From: Sediminispirochaeta sp.
GTDB taxonomy: Bacteria; Spirochaetota; Spirochaetia; B11-G9
Direction of reading: 5' to 3'
DNA length: 64,000 bases
NCBI GenBank assembly: GCA_024763455.1
Contig: JANTFL010000001.1
Coordinates: 26,678 to 90,677 of the forward strand
Shown here: piece after piece, positions 9,458-18,819 of the stretch
Layout of the letters: each line of letters begins with the position of its first letter
Numbering within the stretch: the first letter of the stretch is position 1
Program-made: the position numbers and the translations under genes
The notes under the pieces: model-generated
What the model saw: the letters and a program-made list of their open reading frames with translations, nothing else
Told to the model about the DNA's origin: nothing
Databases searched by the model: none

Positions 9458-9772
9458 ATGTACGCAATGGTTGAAATTAAAGGTAAGCAGTATAAAGCTG
9501 AGAAAGGTGCTGTTCTAAAAGTAGATAAAATCGATGGAGAGAAGGGTGATGCAGTCGATTTTGACTCTGTTCTTCTTTTAAACGATGAAAAGAATGTAAA
9601 GGTTGGAACTCCGTATGTTGATGGAGTTACCATTAAAACCACTATAGAAGAGCATAAGAAGGACAAAAAAGTCGTTATCTTCAAGTTCAAGAGAAGGAAA
9701 GGGTACCGCAGAAAGCAGGGGCATAGAGAAACATACTCTTATTTGAAGGTAAATGAGATTACAGGAGCTTAA
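9458..9772 (+). CDS. rplU: 50S ribosomal protein L21
   Basis: MYAMVEIKGKQYKAEKGAVLKVDKI matches the L21 N-terminus. Confidence 0.9.
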   Translation: MYAMVEIKGKQYKAEKGAVLKVDKIDGEKGDAVDFDSVLLLNDEKNVKVGTPYVDGVTIKTTIEEHKKDKKVVIFKFKRRKGYRRKQGHRETYSYLKVNEITGA

Positions 9773-9778
9773 TCTTTA

Positions 9779-10108
9779 TTGATTGAGGTCACCATACGGC
9801 TGAATGAATCCGGTGTCATATCCGGAATCAGAGCGGTCGGTCATTCGGGAGCTGCTGCGAAAGGACAGGATATTGTCTGTGCATCAGCTTCAGTTTTGTT
9901 CAGAACCCTTGGACGGTCGCTTGAAGGCAAAGAAGGTATTGTTATTGAGGGTTCTGCTGACAGCAGAGGAGAGTTCTTTCTGGAAGTTGTTTCCTATCCT
10001 CGTACTCTTTATGGATGGCTGGAAGGGATAACTTCCTACATCCTTACAGGGTTAAAGGATCTGGAAGTAGAAAATCCGGATGAATTGTCTGTCAGTATAA
10101 AAGTATAG
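9779..10108 (+). CDS. prp: ribosomal-processing cysteine protease Prp (YsxB/DUF464)
   Basis: TTG start. [20 protein letters not shown] carries the catalytic Cys/His context. The position between rplU and rpmA is conserved. Confidence 0.75.
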   Translation: MIEVTIRLNESGVISGIRAVGHSGAAAKGQDIVCASASVLFRTLGRSLEGKEGIVIEGSADSRGEFFLEVVSYPRTLYGWLEGITSYILTGLKDLEVENPDELSVSIKV

Positions 10109-10122
10109 ATCAAGGAGAAGTT

Positions 10123-10377
10123 ATGGCACATAAGAAAGGTGGCGGTAGTTCTAAAAACGGAAGAGATTCAAACTCGCAGAGACTCGGTATTAAAAGATAC
10201 GGCGGACAGATTGTTAAAGCCGGAGAGATCATTGTAAGACAGCGGGGAACCAAATTCCATCCTGGAGCAAACGTTGGTAAAGGTAAAGATGATACGCTCT
10301 TTGCCAAAGAAGCAGGAACTGTTGTTTTTTCAAGACGGCTTGGAAGAAAGTACGTTACTATCGAAACTTCTCTCTAA
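10123..10377 (+). CDS. rpmA: 50S ribosomal protein L27
   Basis: [29 protein letters not shown] matches L27. Confidence 0.92.
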   Translation: MAHKKGGGSSKNGRDSNSQRLGIKRYGGQIVKAGEIIVRQRGTKFHPGANVGKGKDDTLFAKEAGTVVFSRRLGRKYVTIETSL

Positions 10378-10400
10378 ATTTAAACCCTTCAGAGGTAATT

Positions 10401-11378
10401 ATGCATGGGTTTGCTGATGAAACCTTTATCGATGTTACCTCTGGGAACGGGGGGCATGGCTGTGTCTCGTTCCGAAGGGAAAAATATGTTCCTAAAGGTG
10501 GTCCAGACGGCGGAGACGGCGGTAAAGGCGGCGATGTCATTTTTGTTGTCCGGGATAATTTAAAAACTCTTTCCCATTTAAAGACGAAACGTGTATACAG
10601 GGCCGAAAACGGCAGACCCGGCGAAGGGCGCAGAAAACACGGCAGGAATGGAAAAGATGCTGTTATCGCGGTACCTCCGGGAACCCTTATTAAGGACCCT
10701 GAAAACGGCGAGGTTATTAAAGATCTCACCGGTCTTGAGTCCTGGGTTTTCCTTAAAGGGGGACAGGGCGGCTTAGGGAACTGGCATTTTTCTACCTCTA
10801 GAAAACAAACTCCCCGGTATGCTCAGAGCGGGATGAGCGGAGAGGAGAGAAGGGTTCATGTAGAGCTTCAACTCATTGCGGATGTCGGGTTGGTCGGATT
10901 GCCGAATGCAGGGAAATCTTCCATGCTGAAAGCTCTTACCAATGCGCAGCCTAAAGTTGCTGCATATGCGTTTACAACAAAGATCCCCAATCTCGGGGTA
11001 ATGAAAGGTACATACAAAAGGATAGTCATTGCAGATATCCCCGGAATTATTGAAGGTGCCTCCAGCGGCGCCGGAATGGGGATCAAATTCCTTAAACATA
11101 TTAACAGGACAAAGGCTATTGCATTTGTTATAGATCTTACGGAAGAGGATCCATTTTCTGTCTACCAGACCCTTATTCAAGAACTCAAGGAATATGCTCC
11201 TGATCTTGCACAGAGGAAAAGAGTAATTATCGGCACAAAAAATGACCTCCCTGGAAGCGAAGCAGGGTATGATGCTCTTAAGGAAAGAATAAAGGACGGT
11301 TTTACTGTCTCCATATCATCCTTTACCCGGTCGGGGCTGGATGAACTCACGAAATACTTAGAGAAGATCACCGAATGA
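10401..11378 (+). CDS. obg: GTPase Obg/CgtA
   Basis: Obg fold with a GGxGGxGG glycine-rich N-domain, G1 GLPNAGKSS, and DIPGIIEGAS. Confidence 0.92.
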   Translation: MHGFADETFIDVTSGNGGHGCVSFRREKYVPKGGPDGGDGGKGGDVIFVVRDNLKTLSHLKTKRVYRAENGRPGEGRRKHGRNGKDAVIAVPPGTLIKDPENGEVIKDLTGLESWVFLKGGQGGLGNWHFSTSRKQTPRYAQSGMSGEERRVHVELQLIADVGLVGLPNAGKSSMLKALTNAQPKVAAYAFTTKIPNLGVMKGTYKRIVIADIPGIIEGASSGAGMGIKFLKHINRTKAIAFVIDLTEEDPFSVYQTLIQELKEYAPDLAQRKRVIIGTKNDLPGSEAGYDALKERIKDGFTVSISSFTRSGLDELTKYLEKITE

Positions 11379-11379
11379 T

Positions 11380-11952
11380 ATGAAAACTGTTGTTTTCGGA
11401 GGAACATACAATCCTGTTCACAATGGACACCTTTATATCGGTGAAGAGATAAGGAAACAGCTTGGGTATGAGCGCATCCTGTTTATACCTTCAAACATTC
11501 CTCCCCATAAAGCAGCTGACCGGAAGACGAAAGCGGCACACAGGATACACATGCTGGAGTATGCATTGGAAAAAAGCCCTTTTTCTATTGAAAAGTGTGA
11601 GATTCACCGGGGAGGAACTTCCTATACTATCGATACAATCGATTTTCTCCGTGATAAATATCGTATATCAGATAAAATCGGTCTTGTTATCGGTGATGAC
11701 CTTGTTGATGGTTTTAAGAAGTGGCACCGTTGGGAAGAACTCATTGAAAAGGTTAACCTGATTATTGTGCACAGGAATTTTAAAAAGGAACAAACCATCG
11801 ATCTGCCGCACCGTTACCTGAACAATTTGTTGATCCCTGTTTCTTCACGGGAAATACGGAGAAGGATAAGAAAGGGAATGGCCTACCGGTATCTTGTCCC
11901 GGAAAAAGTCTATGCCTATATTGTAGAAAATCAACTGTACCTGGATACATAA
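11380..11952 (+). CDS. nadD: nicotinate-nucleotide adenylyltransferase
   Basis: Carries the GGTYNPVHNGHL (H/T)xGH motif. Confidence 0.88.
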   Translation: MKTVVFGGTYNPVHNGHLYIGEEIRKQLGYERILFIPSNIPPHKAADRKTKAAHRIHMLEYALEKSPFSIEKCEIHRGGTSYTIDTIDFLRDKYRISDKIGLVIGDDLVDGFKKWHRWEELIEKVNLIIVHRNFKKEQTIDLPHRYLNNLLIPVSSREIRRRIRKGMAYRYLVPEKVYAYIVENQLYLDT

Positions 11953-12536
11953 TGTACACTGAACTTAAAGATTATATAGAGAAAAATCTATCCCACCTGC
12001 GGTTTGAGCACCTCCTTTCAACTGCAAAGGAATGCGCCTATCTGTGCCAGATGTTCGGTCTGGACAGCAATGCAGGGAGGATCGCAGGCATATCCCATGA
12101 TATAGCGAGAGAACTCTCTGAAAAGGAGATTGTTACTCTTGTGGAAAAGGACGGAATGGATATTAGTGATTATGAATATACACATCCTGTTCTACTTCAT
12201 GGAAGAGCCGGAGCAGTGATTCTTCAGGAAGAGTTTGGAATAAACGAAGACGTCATCCTTAATGCAGTACGCTGGCATACCGTAGGACATCCGGATATGG
12301 GATCTATAGGAAAAGTTCTGTTTGTTGCCGATTATATTGAACCGGGGAGAGAACATATTACTGAAGACTTCCGGCGCAGGGTGCATGGTTTGAATCTGAA
12401 CGGAATGGTGATAGAGGTGCTTTCCCGTCAAATTGAATACCTGAGAAACAAGGGCAATATAATTGTCGAAAGTTCTATTTTATTGTATGATAAGCTGCTG
12501 TCGGAAAATGACAGGAAACATTTAAGTGTAGGTTGA
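11952..12536 (+). CDS. yqeK: HD-domain bis(5'-nucleosyl)-tetraphosphatase YqeK
   Basis: HD motif (SHDIAR...LLHGRAG...RWHT). The position after nadD is conserved. Confidence 0.8.
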   Translation: MYTELKDYIEKNLSHLRFEHLLSTAKECAYLCQMFGLDSNAGRIAGISHDIARELSEKEIVTLVEKDGMDISDYEYTHPVLLHGRAGAVILQEEFGINEDVILNAVRWHTVGHPDMGSIGKVLFVADYIEPGREHITEDFRRRVHGLNLNGMVIEVLSRQIEYLRNKGNIIVESSILLYDKLLSENDRKHLSVG

Positions 12537-12540
12537 TTGT

Positions 12541-13740
12541 TTGAATAGAAGAAAACAAATAGATAAAGCCGTGATTTTCATTATACTGATTTTTCTCGTT
12601 CTTTTTATGACGTCAATGTTCGTTTACACACGTTTGAAGAAGGATAAGATAACTGGAGCGGTGGAAAACGGTGAGACCTTAAAAACCCTTATTATGATAA
12701 CAAATGGTAATACACTTCTGTATACCGAGCTCTTTATGTACAACTCAGCAACCCACAAGGGAGCGCTATTTGATATTCCCGGAAACGTTGGTTCAATAAT
12801 CAGTCAGACAGATAAAATGGACCGAATCGATACTCTTTTTGTTGGTAACAAACCAGAACCATATATAGAAAAAGTGGAGGAAATCCTTAATACTTCAATA
12901 CCGTACTATCTAATTATTGAAAGAGAGAATTTTAAGGGATTAGTTGACCTCTTTGAAGGGATAAAGCTGTTCATTCCCAATCCTGTTGAACTTGTTACAC
13001 AAGAGAATATTCTTTTACTTCCTTCCGGAAATGTAGTTCTTGACGGAGAAAAAGCGGTTACTTTCATGATGTATCAGGAAGAGGGAGAAGAAAACATAGA
13101 GAGTATAAGCAGAAGGCAGAAAGTCGTTCAATCGCTTTTAGGTACAATTGGAGAGAGAAATCAGCTGCTGGAAAACAGAAAACTTTCATCTGTTCTGTAT
13201 TCGCTTATTGATTCAAATCTCTCAAAAACAGCTGTTACAGCCCTGTTCTCAGAGATGAAGTTCCTGGATTCAGACAGAATGGTTTTTCAGAGGGTTCTGG
13301 GGGCAAAGCGAATAACCGGCGATAAAACACTTTTATTCCCTCACTATGAGGGTAAACTTCTGAAGGAGACCCTGTCACAGACAATTGACTCACTTGCCGA
13401 TCAAGAGGGACAAAGTAACAAGGCACTACAGATGAGTATTGACATACTGAATGGTACAGGACAGAACGGTCTTGCTGCGAGAACATCCGAGGTTTTCAAG
13501 AGTTTTGGTTTTGATATAATCAAGGTCGGTAACTATAGTGAAGATGACTTGGAAAAAACTTTGGTAGTGAGCAGAAGCCTTGACACGAGTGCAGCTGAGA
13601 AAGCTGCTGAGTTAATAAAGTGCAAAAATATAAAGTTTTCTACTGCTGTAGAGATACCAACTGAAAGTGTATCAGGTGACAGTGCAGATGTCATTGTGAT
13701 TCTGGGGAAGGATTTTGATGGAAGATATTGCAAAGATTAA
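12541..13740 (+). CDS. LytR-CpsA-Psr (LCP) family protein with N-terminal membrane anchor
   Basis: TTG start. TM helix VIFIILIFLVLFMTSMFVY. LCP core TDKMDRIDTLFV...GEKAVTFMMYQEEGE and a LytR_C-like tail. Confidence 0.65.
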   Translation: MNRRKQIDKAVIFIILIFLVLFMTSMFVYTRLKKDKITGAVENGETLKTLIMITNGNTLLYTELFMYNSATHKGALFDIPGNVGSIISQTDKMDRIDTLFVGNKPEPYIEKVEEILNTSIPYYLIIERENFKGLVDLFEGIKLFIPNPVELVTQENILLLPSGNVVLDGEKAVTFMMYQEEGEENIESISRRQKVVQSLLGTIGERNQLLENRKLSSVLYSLIDSNLSKTAVTALFSEMKFLDSDRMVFQRVLGAKRITGDKTLLFPHYEGKLLKETLSQTIDSLADQEGQSNKALQMSIDILNGTGQNGLAARTSEVFKSFGFDIIKVGNYSEDDLEKTLVVSRSLDTSAAEKAAELIKCKNIKFSTAVEIPTESVSGDSADVIVILGKDFDGRYCKD

Positions 13741-14095
13741 GAATGAAAATGAAATAGCTGTAGAGATAGGTAAATTTATCGATGAGCACAAAGGGACCGG
13801 AACAGTCGTTCTGGATATTTCTGAATTCAGCAGCTGGACAAAATACTTCATTATCTCAACTATTTCGAGTATGGGACACCTGAAGGGTATTGTGAAACAG
13901 CTGAAACTATACCTTCTCGAAAGAAATATCGACATATATCATCGACATAAAAATATAGCAGAAGATGGGTGGGAACTTGTCGACTGCGGAGATTATGTTA
14001 TCCATCTTATGAGTAGTGAAGTAAGAAAATTTTACAATCTGGAGAAGCTCTGGTTTAACGGGGAGATTCTGTATCAGTCATCAAAATCCTCATAA
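13715..14095 (+). CDS. rsfS: ribosomal silencing factor RsfS (Iojap)
   Basis: GTGTVVLDISEFSSWTKYFIISTISSMGHLKGI matches the RsfS core. Confidence 0.85.
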   Translation: MMEDIAKIKNENEIAVEIGKFIDEHKGTGTVVLDISEFSSWTKYFIISTISSMGHLKGIVKQLKLYLLERNIDIYHRHKNIAEDGWELVDCGDYVIHLMSSEVRKFYNLEKLWFNGEILYQSSKSS

Positions 14096-14334
14096 TCAAG
14101 ACCATCGTAGTAGTCTATTTCATCATCATCGTCATCAATAAAATCTTCATCCTCTTCAGGAACCGCTTCATCGTTCTCTAAACTCTCATCGTCAAAGGGA
14201 TCTTCGGCGAAACTGTCGTCAAATTCTGAGAAGTTATCATCATAGTCAGTTTCGTAATCATCAAAACTGTCATCGTAAAAATCATCTTCGTCAATCATTA
14301 CCACATTGTATGGTAATGAATAAATTATTGTCAA
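14074..14334 (-). CDS. small hyper-acidic hypothetical protein (86 aa, D/E/F/Y-rich); coding status uncertain
   Basis: The ORF lies immediately downstream of cheX on the same strand and overlaps the rsfS 3' end by 22 nt. Low complexity, with no SD before the first ATG. Confidence 0.3.
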   Translation of the reverse strand: MTIIYSLPYNVVMIDEDDFYDDSFDDYETDYDDNFSEFDDSFAEDPFDDESLENDEAVPEEDEDFIDDDDDEIDYYDGLDYEDFDD

Positions 14335-14351
14335 TAAACAACAGGGATAAA

Positions 14352-14816
14352 TTACTTGATTCCTACATATAGTGTAAATAAACCGTAACTTCCGGTAAGT
14401 GACTTGTGCAGTATATACCTGGTGTCAGCAGGTTCGGAAAAAATATTTTTCCCAATAATAAGAGTAGGTGGAGTTATGTCGCAGCAATAGCCTTTTTTTT
14501 CCAGGAGCATCATACTTCTGCCGGAAATTTGGTTGAGGAGCTCACCCATAGCCTCTTTATGAAACCGGCCGAAGCCCTTTTCCCCTTCCGGATTCATTCC
14601 GAGATTAGCCAGCATCTTCTTTATAAAATTGGAGGCACTGGAGATGTCTGATTTAAGACTAAGAAACCCCTTTAGATCGCCGGTAATTCCGATGTTAGCG
14701 ACGACTTCTGTGCTATTACATGTATTTATGGTATCAGTAGGAGTAATTTCAAAGCCTGCTTGCTCAAACACAATTTTGGTTGCTTCGGTGAATAGTTCAA
14801 GATCCTCAATTCTCAT
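14352..14816 (-). CDS. cheX: chemotaxis phosphatase CheX (CheC/CheX/FliY family)
   Basis: ~154 aa. VANIGITGDLKGFLSLKSDISSASNFIKKML is the typical CheX core. Confidence 0.75.
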   Translation of the reverse strand: MRIEDLELFTEATKIVFEQAGFEITPTDTINTCNSTEVVANIGITGDLKGFLSLKSDISSASNFIKKMLANLGMNPEGEKGFGRFHKEAMGELLNQISGRSMMLLEKKGYCCDITPPTLIIGKNIFSEPADTRYILHKSLTGSYGLFTLYVGIK

Positions 14817-14881
14817 AGGTGGTAAGTATAGGAAAAAGCAATTATGTTGTCAAACCGGAGCAAATCTCCTATGATACAGTG

Positions 14882-15763
14882 ATGGCAACAATTACACTTA
14901 CTGCTCAGGCTAAGATTAATCTGCATTTGGAAATAACCGGATTAAGGGATGACGGTTTCCATACGATAAACTCCATCTTTCAATTGGTTTCTCTCGCAGA
15001 CCTGATAAAAATATCAACGAAAAAAGATACCGGGTTCTATTCTCTTAAAGGTAACTTTAATTTTCCCCGGGAGCATAATCTTATTACCAAAGCTTTAAAA
15101 CTGTTTAGAGAGGTTACCGGTCTCCATGACGGGGTTGAGATCGAGTGTATAAAGAAAATCCCCGCTGGTGCAGGGCTTGGAGGAGGTTCAAGCGACGCTG
15201 CATCAGTTTTAAAAGGTTTGAACCTGCTTTTTAATGCCGGCCTTTCAAGTAAAGAGATGGCTGAGGCGGGGAGTACCCTCGGAAGTGATATCCCGTTTTT
15301 TTTTGGCACCGGAACAGCAGTTGTTATGGGTAGAGGTGAAGAAGTAAAGGGAATCGAAACGTTGTGGGATCTTCCTGTTGTGATTATTGACACCGGTATT
15401 CATGTGTCAACGCAGGAAGCATACAGGAAATTTGACGAGTACAGTAATCATTCTCCTGCAAAGATTGGAGCGTTGGAGGATGAATACCGCAAAAAGCCCT
15501 CTTTATGGCCCTTCTATAATGATTTTTTTACCGTTCTCGATTTGGAAGATCCTGTTTACAGAAACTGCATTAACCGTTTAAAAAGCTTTGGAGCTTTATA
15601 TTCTGCTATTTCAGGAAGCGGATCTGCAGTTTTCGGGATCTTCTCCGATGGGAAGGGAGCTGCTGCGGCTGCCGGGGCTTTGGAAAAAGAATTTAAAGGG
15701 GTTCATAAAGGAAAAATGCTTGCGATTCCTCCTAAGGCGGTTTACAATTCAGACAATAACTAG
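14882..15763 (+). CDS. ispE: 4-diphosphocytidyl-2-C-methyl-D-erythritol kinase IspE; the ORF is open from 14819
   Basis: Carries AKINLHLEITGLRDDGFH and the GHMP kinase motif IPAGAGLGGGSSDAA. Confidence 0.85.
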   Translation: MATITLTAQAKINLHLEITGLRDDGFHTINSIFQLVSLADLIKISTKKDTGFYSLKGNFNFPREHNLITKALKLFREVTGLHDGVEIECIKKIPAGAGLGGGSSDAASVLKGLNLLFNAGLSSKEMAEAGSTLGSDIPFFFGTGTAVVMGRGEEVKGIETLWDLPVVIIDTGIHVSTQEAYRKFDEYSNHSPAKIGALEDEYRKKPSLWPFYNDFFTVLDLEDPVYRNCINRLKSFGALYSAISGSGSAVFGIFSDGKGAAAAAGALEKEFKGVHKGKMLAIPPKAVYNSDNN

Positions 15764-15785
15764 TGTGTAACGTCATGGAGGTCGT

Positions 15786-16082
15786 ATGGAGATTACTGAC
15801 ATTAGGATTCGAAGAGTTGGAGCAGAAGGGAAACTAAAAGCGTACGTAACGGTAACATTTGATGATTGCTTCGTTGTCCACAATGTAAAGGTAATTGAAG
15901 GGAAAAACGGTGCATTTATTGCCATGCCGAGTAGAAAAACAAAGGCTGGAGATTATAAAGATGTCGCACATCCTATAAATTCCGATTTTAGAAGCTTACT
16001 GCAGGCTAAAATACTAGAGGCTTATGAAAATGAACCTGCAGAAGAGTCCGGTTCTGAGCAAGAAGCGGCTGAAACCCTATAG
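15786..16082 (+). CDS. spoVG: septation protein SpoVG
   Basis: [51 protein letters not shown] matches SpoVG. Confidence 0.9.
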   Translation: MEITDIRIRRVGAEGKLKAYVTVTFDDCFVVHNVKVIEGKNGAFIAMPSRKTKAGDYKDVAHPINSDFRSLLQAKILEAYENEPAEESGSEQEAAETL

Positions 16083-16107
16083 ACTTTTAATAGAAAAAAA
16101 GTATAAT
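16080..16107 (+). promoter_or_regulatory. possible sigma-70 promoter (TAGACT-16-TATAAT) for tRNA-Gln(TTG)
   Basis: Perfect -10 TATAAT at 16102-16107. Weak -35. About 20 nt upstream of the tRNA 5' end. Confidence 0.3.
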
Positions 16108-16127
16108 ACTCAATTATTCTGATACTG

Positions 16128-16199
16128 TGGGGCGTTGGCAAGTGGTTAAGCCCCCGGTTTTTGGTGCCGGTATCGTAGGTTCGAATCCTACCGCCCCAG
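16128..16199 (+). tRNA. tRNA-Gln (anticodon TTG)
   Basis: TGGGGCGTTGGCAAGTGGTTAAG...anticodon loop TTTTGGT...GGTTCGAATCCTACCGCCCCA. Near-identical architecture to bacterial tRNA-Gln(UUG). Confidence 0.8.
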
Positions 16200-16230
16200 A
16201 AAACTAAAATGATGTTAAGGAGAATTTCCC

Positions 16231-16872
16231 ATGGAGCAGAAGACTCTCACAGGTTATGAGAGAAAGGAACTGAAAAAAGGTCCTTCACGGAGACTGAGAA
16301 AAGAAGGCAGAATACCAGCAATAATTTATGGTCATGATACTCCAAAACCAATATCCGTTGACCGGAAAGAGTTTCATACAAAATTCAAAAACAGTTCCGC
16401 GAGTACTATTCTCACCATTAAGGTGGGAAAGAAAGACTATGAGGTCCTTGTAAAAGGGTTTCAGGAAGATTATATCAAAGAAGTAATAACTCATATTGAT
16501 TTCTTTGAACTCGAAAGAGGAAAGCTTCTTAAAACCAAGATTCCTGTACGTGTAGAAGGTTCAGCTGTCGGAGTACGGGAAGGGGGACTTCTTGAGCAGA
16601 GGATACATGAACTGGAAGTGGAATGTCTTCCCAAAGACATCCCTGAGGTAATTGTTGTTGACGTTAGTGAGCTTGAAATAGGGGAATCTATTCACGTTGA
16701 GGATTTGAATGTTGCGGAAGAGGTAAAGGTTCTTAACCTTCCCAATCAGACAATTGTCAGTGTTACAAGCTTCAAGGAAGCTCCTGTTGAAGAAGAAGCA
16801 GAAGGAGAAGAGGAAGGACTTGAAGAAGAAGCAGCAGCTGAAGATTCCGGAGAAGAAGAAGAGGAAGCATAA
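16231..16872 (+). CDS. rplY: 50S ribosomal protein L25/general stress protein Ctc with acidic C-terminal tail
   Basis: LTGYERKELKKGPSRRLRKEGRIPAIIYGHD matches L25. The E-rich tail is typical of the Ctc form. Confidence 0.88.
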   Translation: MEQKTLTGYERKELKKGPSRRLRKEGRIPAIIYGHDTPKPISVDRKEFHTKFKNSSASTILTIKVGKKDYEVLVKGFQEDYIKEVITHIDFFELERGKLLKTKIPVRVEGSAVGVREGGLLEQRIHELEVECLPKDIPEVIVVDVSELEIGESIHVEDLNVAEEVKVLNLPNQTIVSVTSFKEAPVEEEAEGEEEGLEEEAAAEDSGEEEEEA

Positions 16873-17445
16873 CTGTTTCTATTTATCGGTCTGGGCAATC
16901 CGGGAGAGAATTATTCGCAAACCCGGCACAACGCCGGGTTTCTTGTCTTGGACAGGATTGCTCAGAAATATTCAATTAATTTCAAGAAACCTTTCTTTAA
17001 AAAGTATCTCTACGGCAGAGGACAGTTACACGGCAAAGAGTTCATTATCGTAAAACCCCTTACTTATATGAATAATTCAGGGTTTGTTATCCCGGGATTA
17101 CTTAAAAAATTCCGCATCCCCTCTGAAAAAATGGTAGTTATCTGCGATAACATGGATCTGCCCTATGGTATGTGCAGAATAAAAAAGAAAGGGTCCGGTG
17201 GAGGGCACAATGGGCTCCGGTCCATTGATTCTTTTATGGAAGGCAGGGATTATACACGCCTCTTTGTAGGAGTTTCCAGACCGGATCGTAGTGTGAGTAT
17301 TATCGATCATGTCCTTTCTGTTCCCGATGGTTCCGACTTCCGGGATTTTATGAATGGGGTTGATAGAGCGTCGGGGGCCGTGGAAACGATAGTAGACAAA
17401 TCTGTAGAAGAAGCAATGCATGAATATAACAGAAGAATTACTTGA
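16873..17445 (+). CDS. pth: peptidyl-tRNA hydrolase; the only in-frame start able to include the catalytic N-terminus is CTG at 16873
   Basis: The in-frame translation from 16873 reads (M/L)FLFIGLGNPGENYSQTRHNAGF, the canonical Pth N-terminus with catalytic His. The first ATG/GTG/TTG (16948) would delete this. GAGGAAG SD at 16861-16867. Confidence 0.75.
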   Translation: MFLFIGLGNPGENYSQTRHNAGFLVLDRIAQKYSINFKKPFFKKYLYGRGQLHGKEFIIVKPLTYMNNSGFVIPGLLKKFRIPSEKMVVICDNMDLPYGMCRIKKKGSGGGHNGLRSIDSFMEGRDYTRLFVGVSRPDRSVSIIDHVLSVPDGSDFRDFMNGVDRASGAVETIVDKSVEEAMHEYNRRIT

Positions 17446-18814
17446 CAGGATATCCAGGTATCTGAGAGAAAACGGTGTAACTGCCGGGGATAGTGTTCAG
17501 ATTGGGTTTTCCGGCGGCCCCGATTCGACAGTGCTGTTGTTTCTGATGAACCAGCTTCAGCCTGAGTTTCGTTTTTCACTTCAGGCATTATACGTTGATC
17601 ACGGTATACGGCCCGGGAAAATAATAAGAAAAGAGATTGAAGGTGTCGAAAATAGTGCTTCAAGGATTGGATGTCCACTTGTTGTTGAACACATCCCGCC
17701 GGGTGAAATAGAACATAAAGCAAGGACAGAGGGAAGGAGCATAGAAGATCTTGCACGGGAATACCGCTACCGGATCTTTAGAAATAAAATGGGAGAATCC
17801 GCAGTGTCGTACACTGCCCTGGGGCATAATCTTGACGATAATGTCGAAACTTTGATTATGCGGGTTTTTCAGGGCTCTGGGATGGAAGGACTCAAGGGGA
17901 TCCCGTCAAGCCGTGATGGTTTTCTGCGACCGCTGCTGTCAGTTGAACGAAGTTTAATAGAACAATGTGCGGATGAAAACGGGCTCAAGCCCCTTCTGGA
18001 TGAAACAAATAATGAACTGATATATTTAAGAAACAGGATAAGAAAAGAACTAATCCCTGCAGTTGCTCAGATTTTCCCCGGTTACAGACGGTCAATGGTA
18101 ACTCTCGGCCGTAAGATGGAAGCAGCGAGTGACTATGCAAACCGGGAAATCAAGAAACGAATAAGCGGATTCACCGCTGATGGTGCTTTAAATGTGTCGG
18201 TTCAAGAGTTTAAAACGTTTCTCCCATTTGAAAGAATGAAGCTTCTCTATGAAAGCTGGGATATCTGGGGTGAAAAACCTTTTGAAACATTGCGTTACAG
18301 GACAATTGAGTCTCTATTGTACCATAAAGATCTTCCTTCAGGGAGAATTCTCCTGTCAGGAGGAGATTATATTCTGGAGCAAAGGGAAGGTATGATTTGG
18401 TGGAATAGGCTTGTCGTTTTATCCAAAAAAAGTTATCTTAGAGTGGTATCTCCTGGAGTTGTATCCATTCCCGGGAATCTCAGGCTGGAAGTGATAACTG
18501 GCGGGGGTAGCCCGGTCAAGAGTGATGTTTGGTTTGATAAGAGCAGGATACATGGACCGGTGGTGATCAGATCCAGAAAGCCCGGCGATTTTATTAATCT
18601 TTCCGGAGGAAGGAAGAAGATAAAAAAACTGTACAGCGAGTGGAAAATCCCTGAAAAGGACCGGTGGCAGATCCCTGTTGTTTGTGACAGGAAGGGCATT
18701 ATTGCTGTTCTGGGTGAACCGTTCGGATATAAAAACAGAGTTGCATCGGTACAGAGAGTGCAGAAGAGTAAAGCAGCAGATAATATATTGATTTTAAGAG
18801 CATACATGGAGTAA
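17420..18814 (+). CDS. tilS: tRNA(Ile)-lysidine synthetase
   Basis: PP-loop SGGPDSTVLL. The C-terminal TilS substrate-binding region is present. The position before ftsH is conserved. Confidence 0.85.
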   Translation: MNITEELLDRISRYLRENGVTAGDSVQIGFSGGPDSTVLLFLMNQLQPEFRFSLQALYVDHGIRPGKIIRKEIEGVENSASRIGCPLVVEHIPPGEIEHKARTEGRSIEDLAREYRYRIFRNKMGESAVSYTALGHNLDDNVETLIMRVFQGSGMEGLKGIPSSRDGFLRPLLSVERSLIEQCADENGLKPLLDETNNELIYLRNRIRKELIPAVAQIFPGYRRSMVTLGRKMEAASDYANREIKKRISGFTADGALNVSVQEFKTFLPFERMKLLYESWDIWGEKPFETLRYRTIESLLYHKDLPSGRILLSGGDYILEQREGMIWWNRLVVLSKKSYLRVVSPGVVSIPGNLRLEVITGGGSPVKSDVWFDKSRIHGPVVIRSRKPGDFINLSGGRKKIKKLYSEWKIPEKDRWQIPVVCDRKGIIAVLGEPFGYKNRVASVQRVQKSKAADNILILRAYME

Positions 18815-18819
18815 TTACT

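Noticed and set aside
10358-11180. Minus-strand ORFs 10358-10729 and 10773-11180
   Set aside because: They are antisense to obg. Their Pro/Gly-rich content is a reflection of Obg's glycine-rich coding strand.
14296-14318. Inverted repeat CATTACCA-N7-TGGTAATG as an intrinsic terminator
   Set aside because: There is no U-run on either strand after the hairpin. It may be regulatory, or coincidental within the acidic ORF.
16754-17053. 99-aa K/R-rich plus-strand ORF overlapping the rplY end and pth start
   Set aside because: It is an alternative frame of the rplY acidic tail (GAA repeats read as AAG) and the true pth N-terminus.
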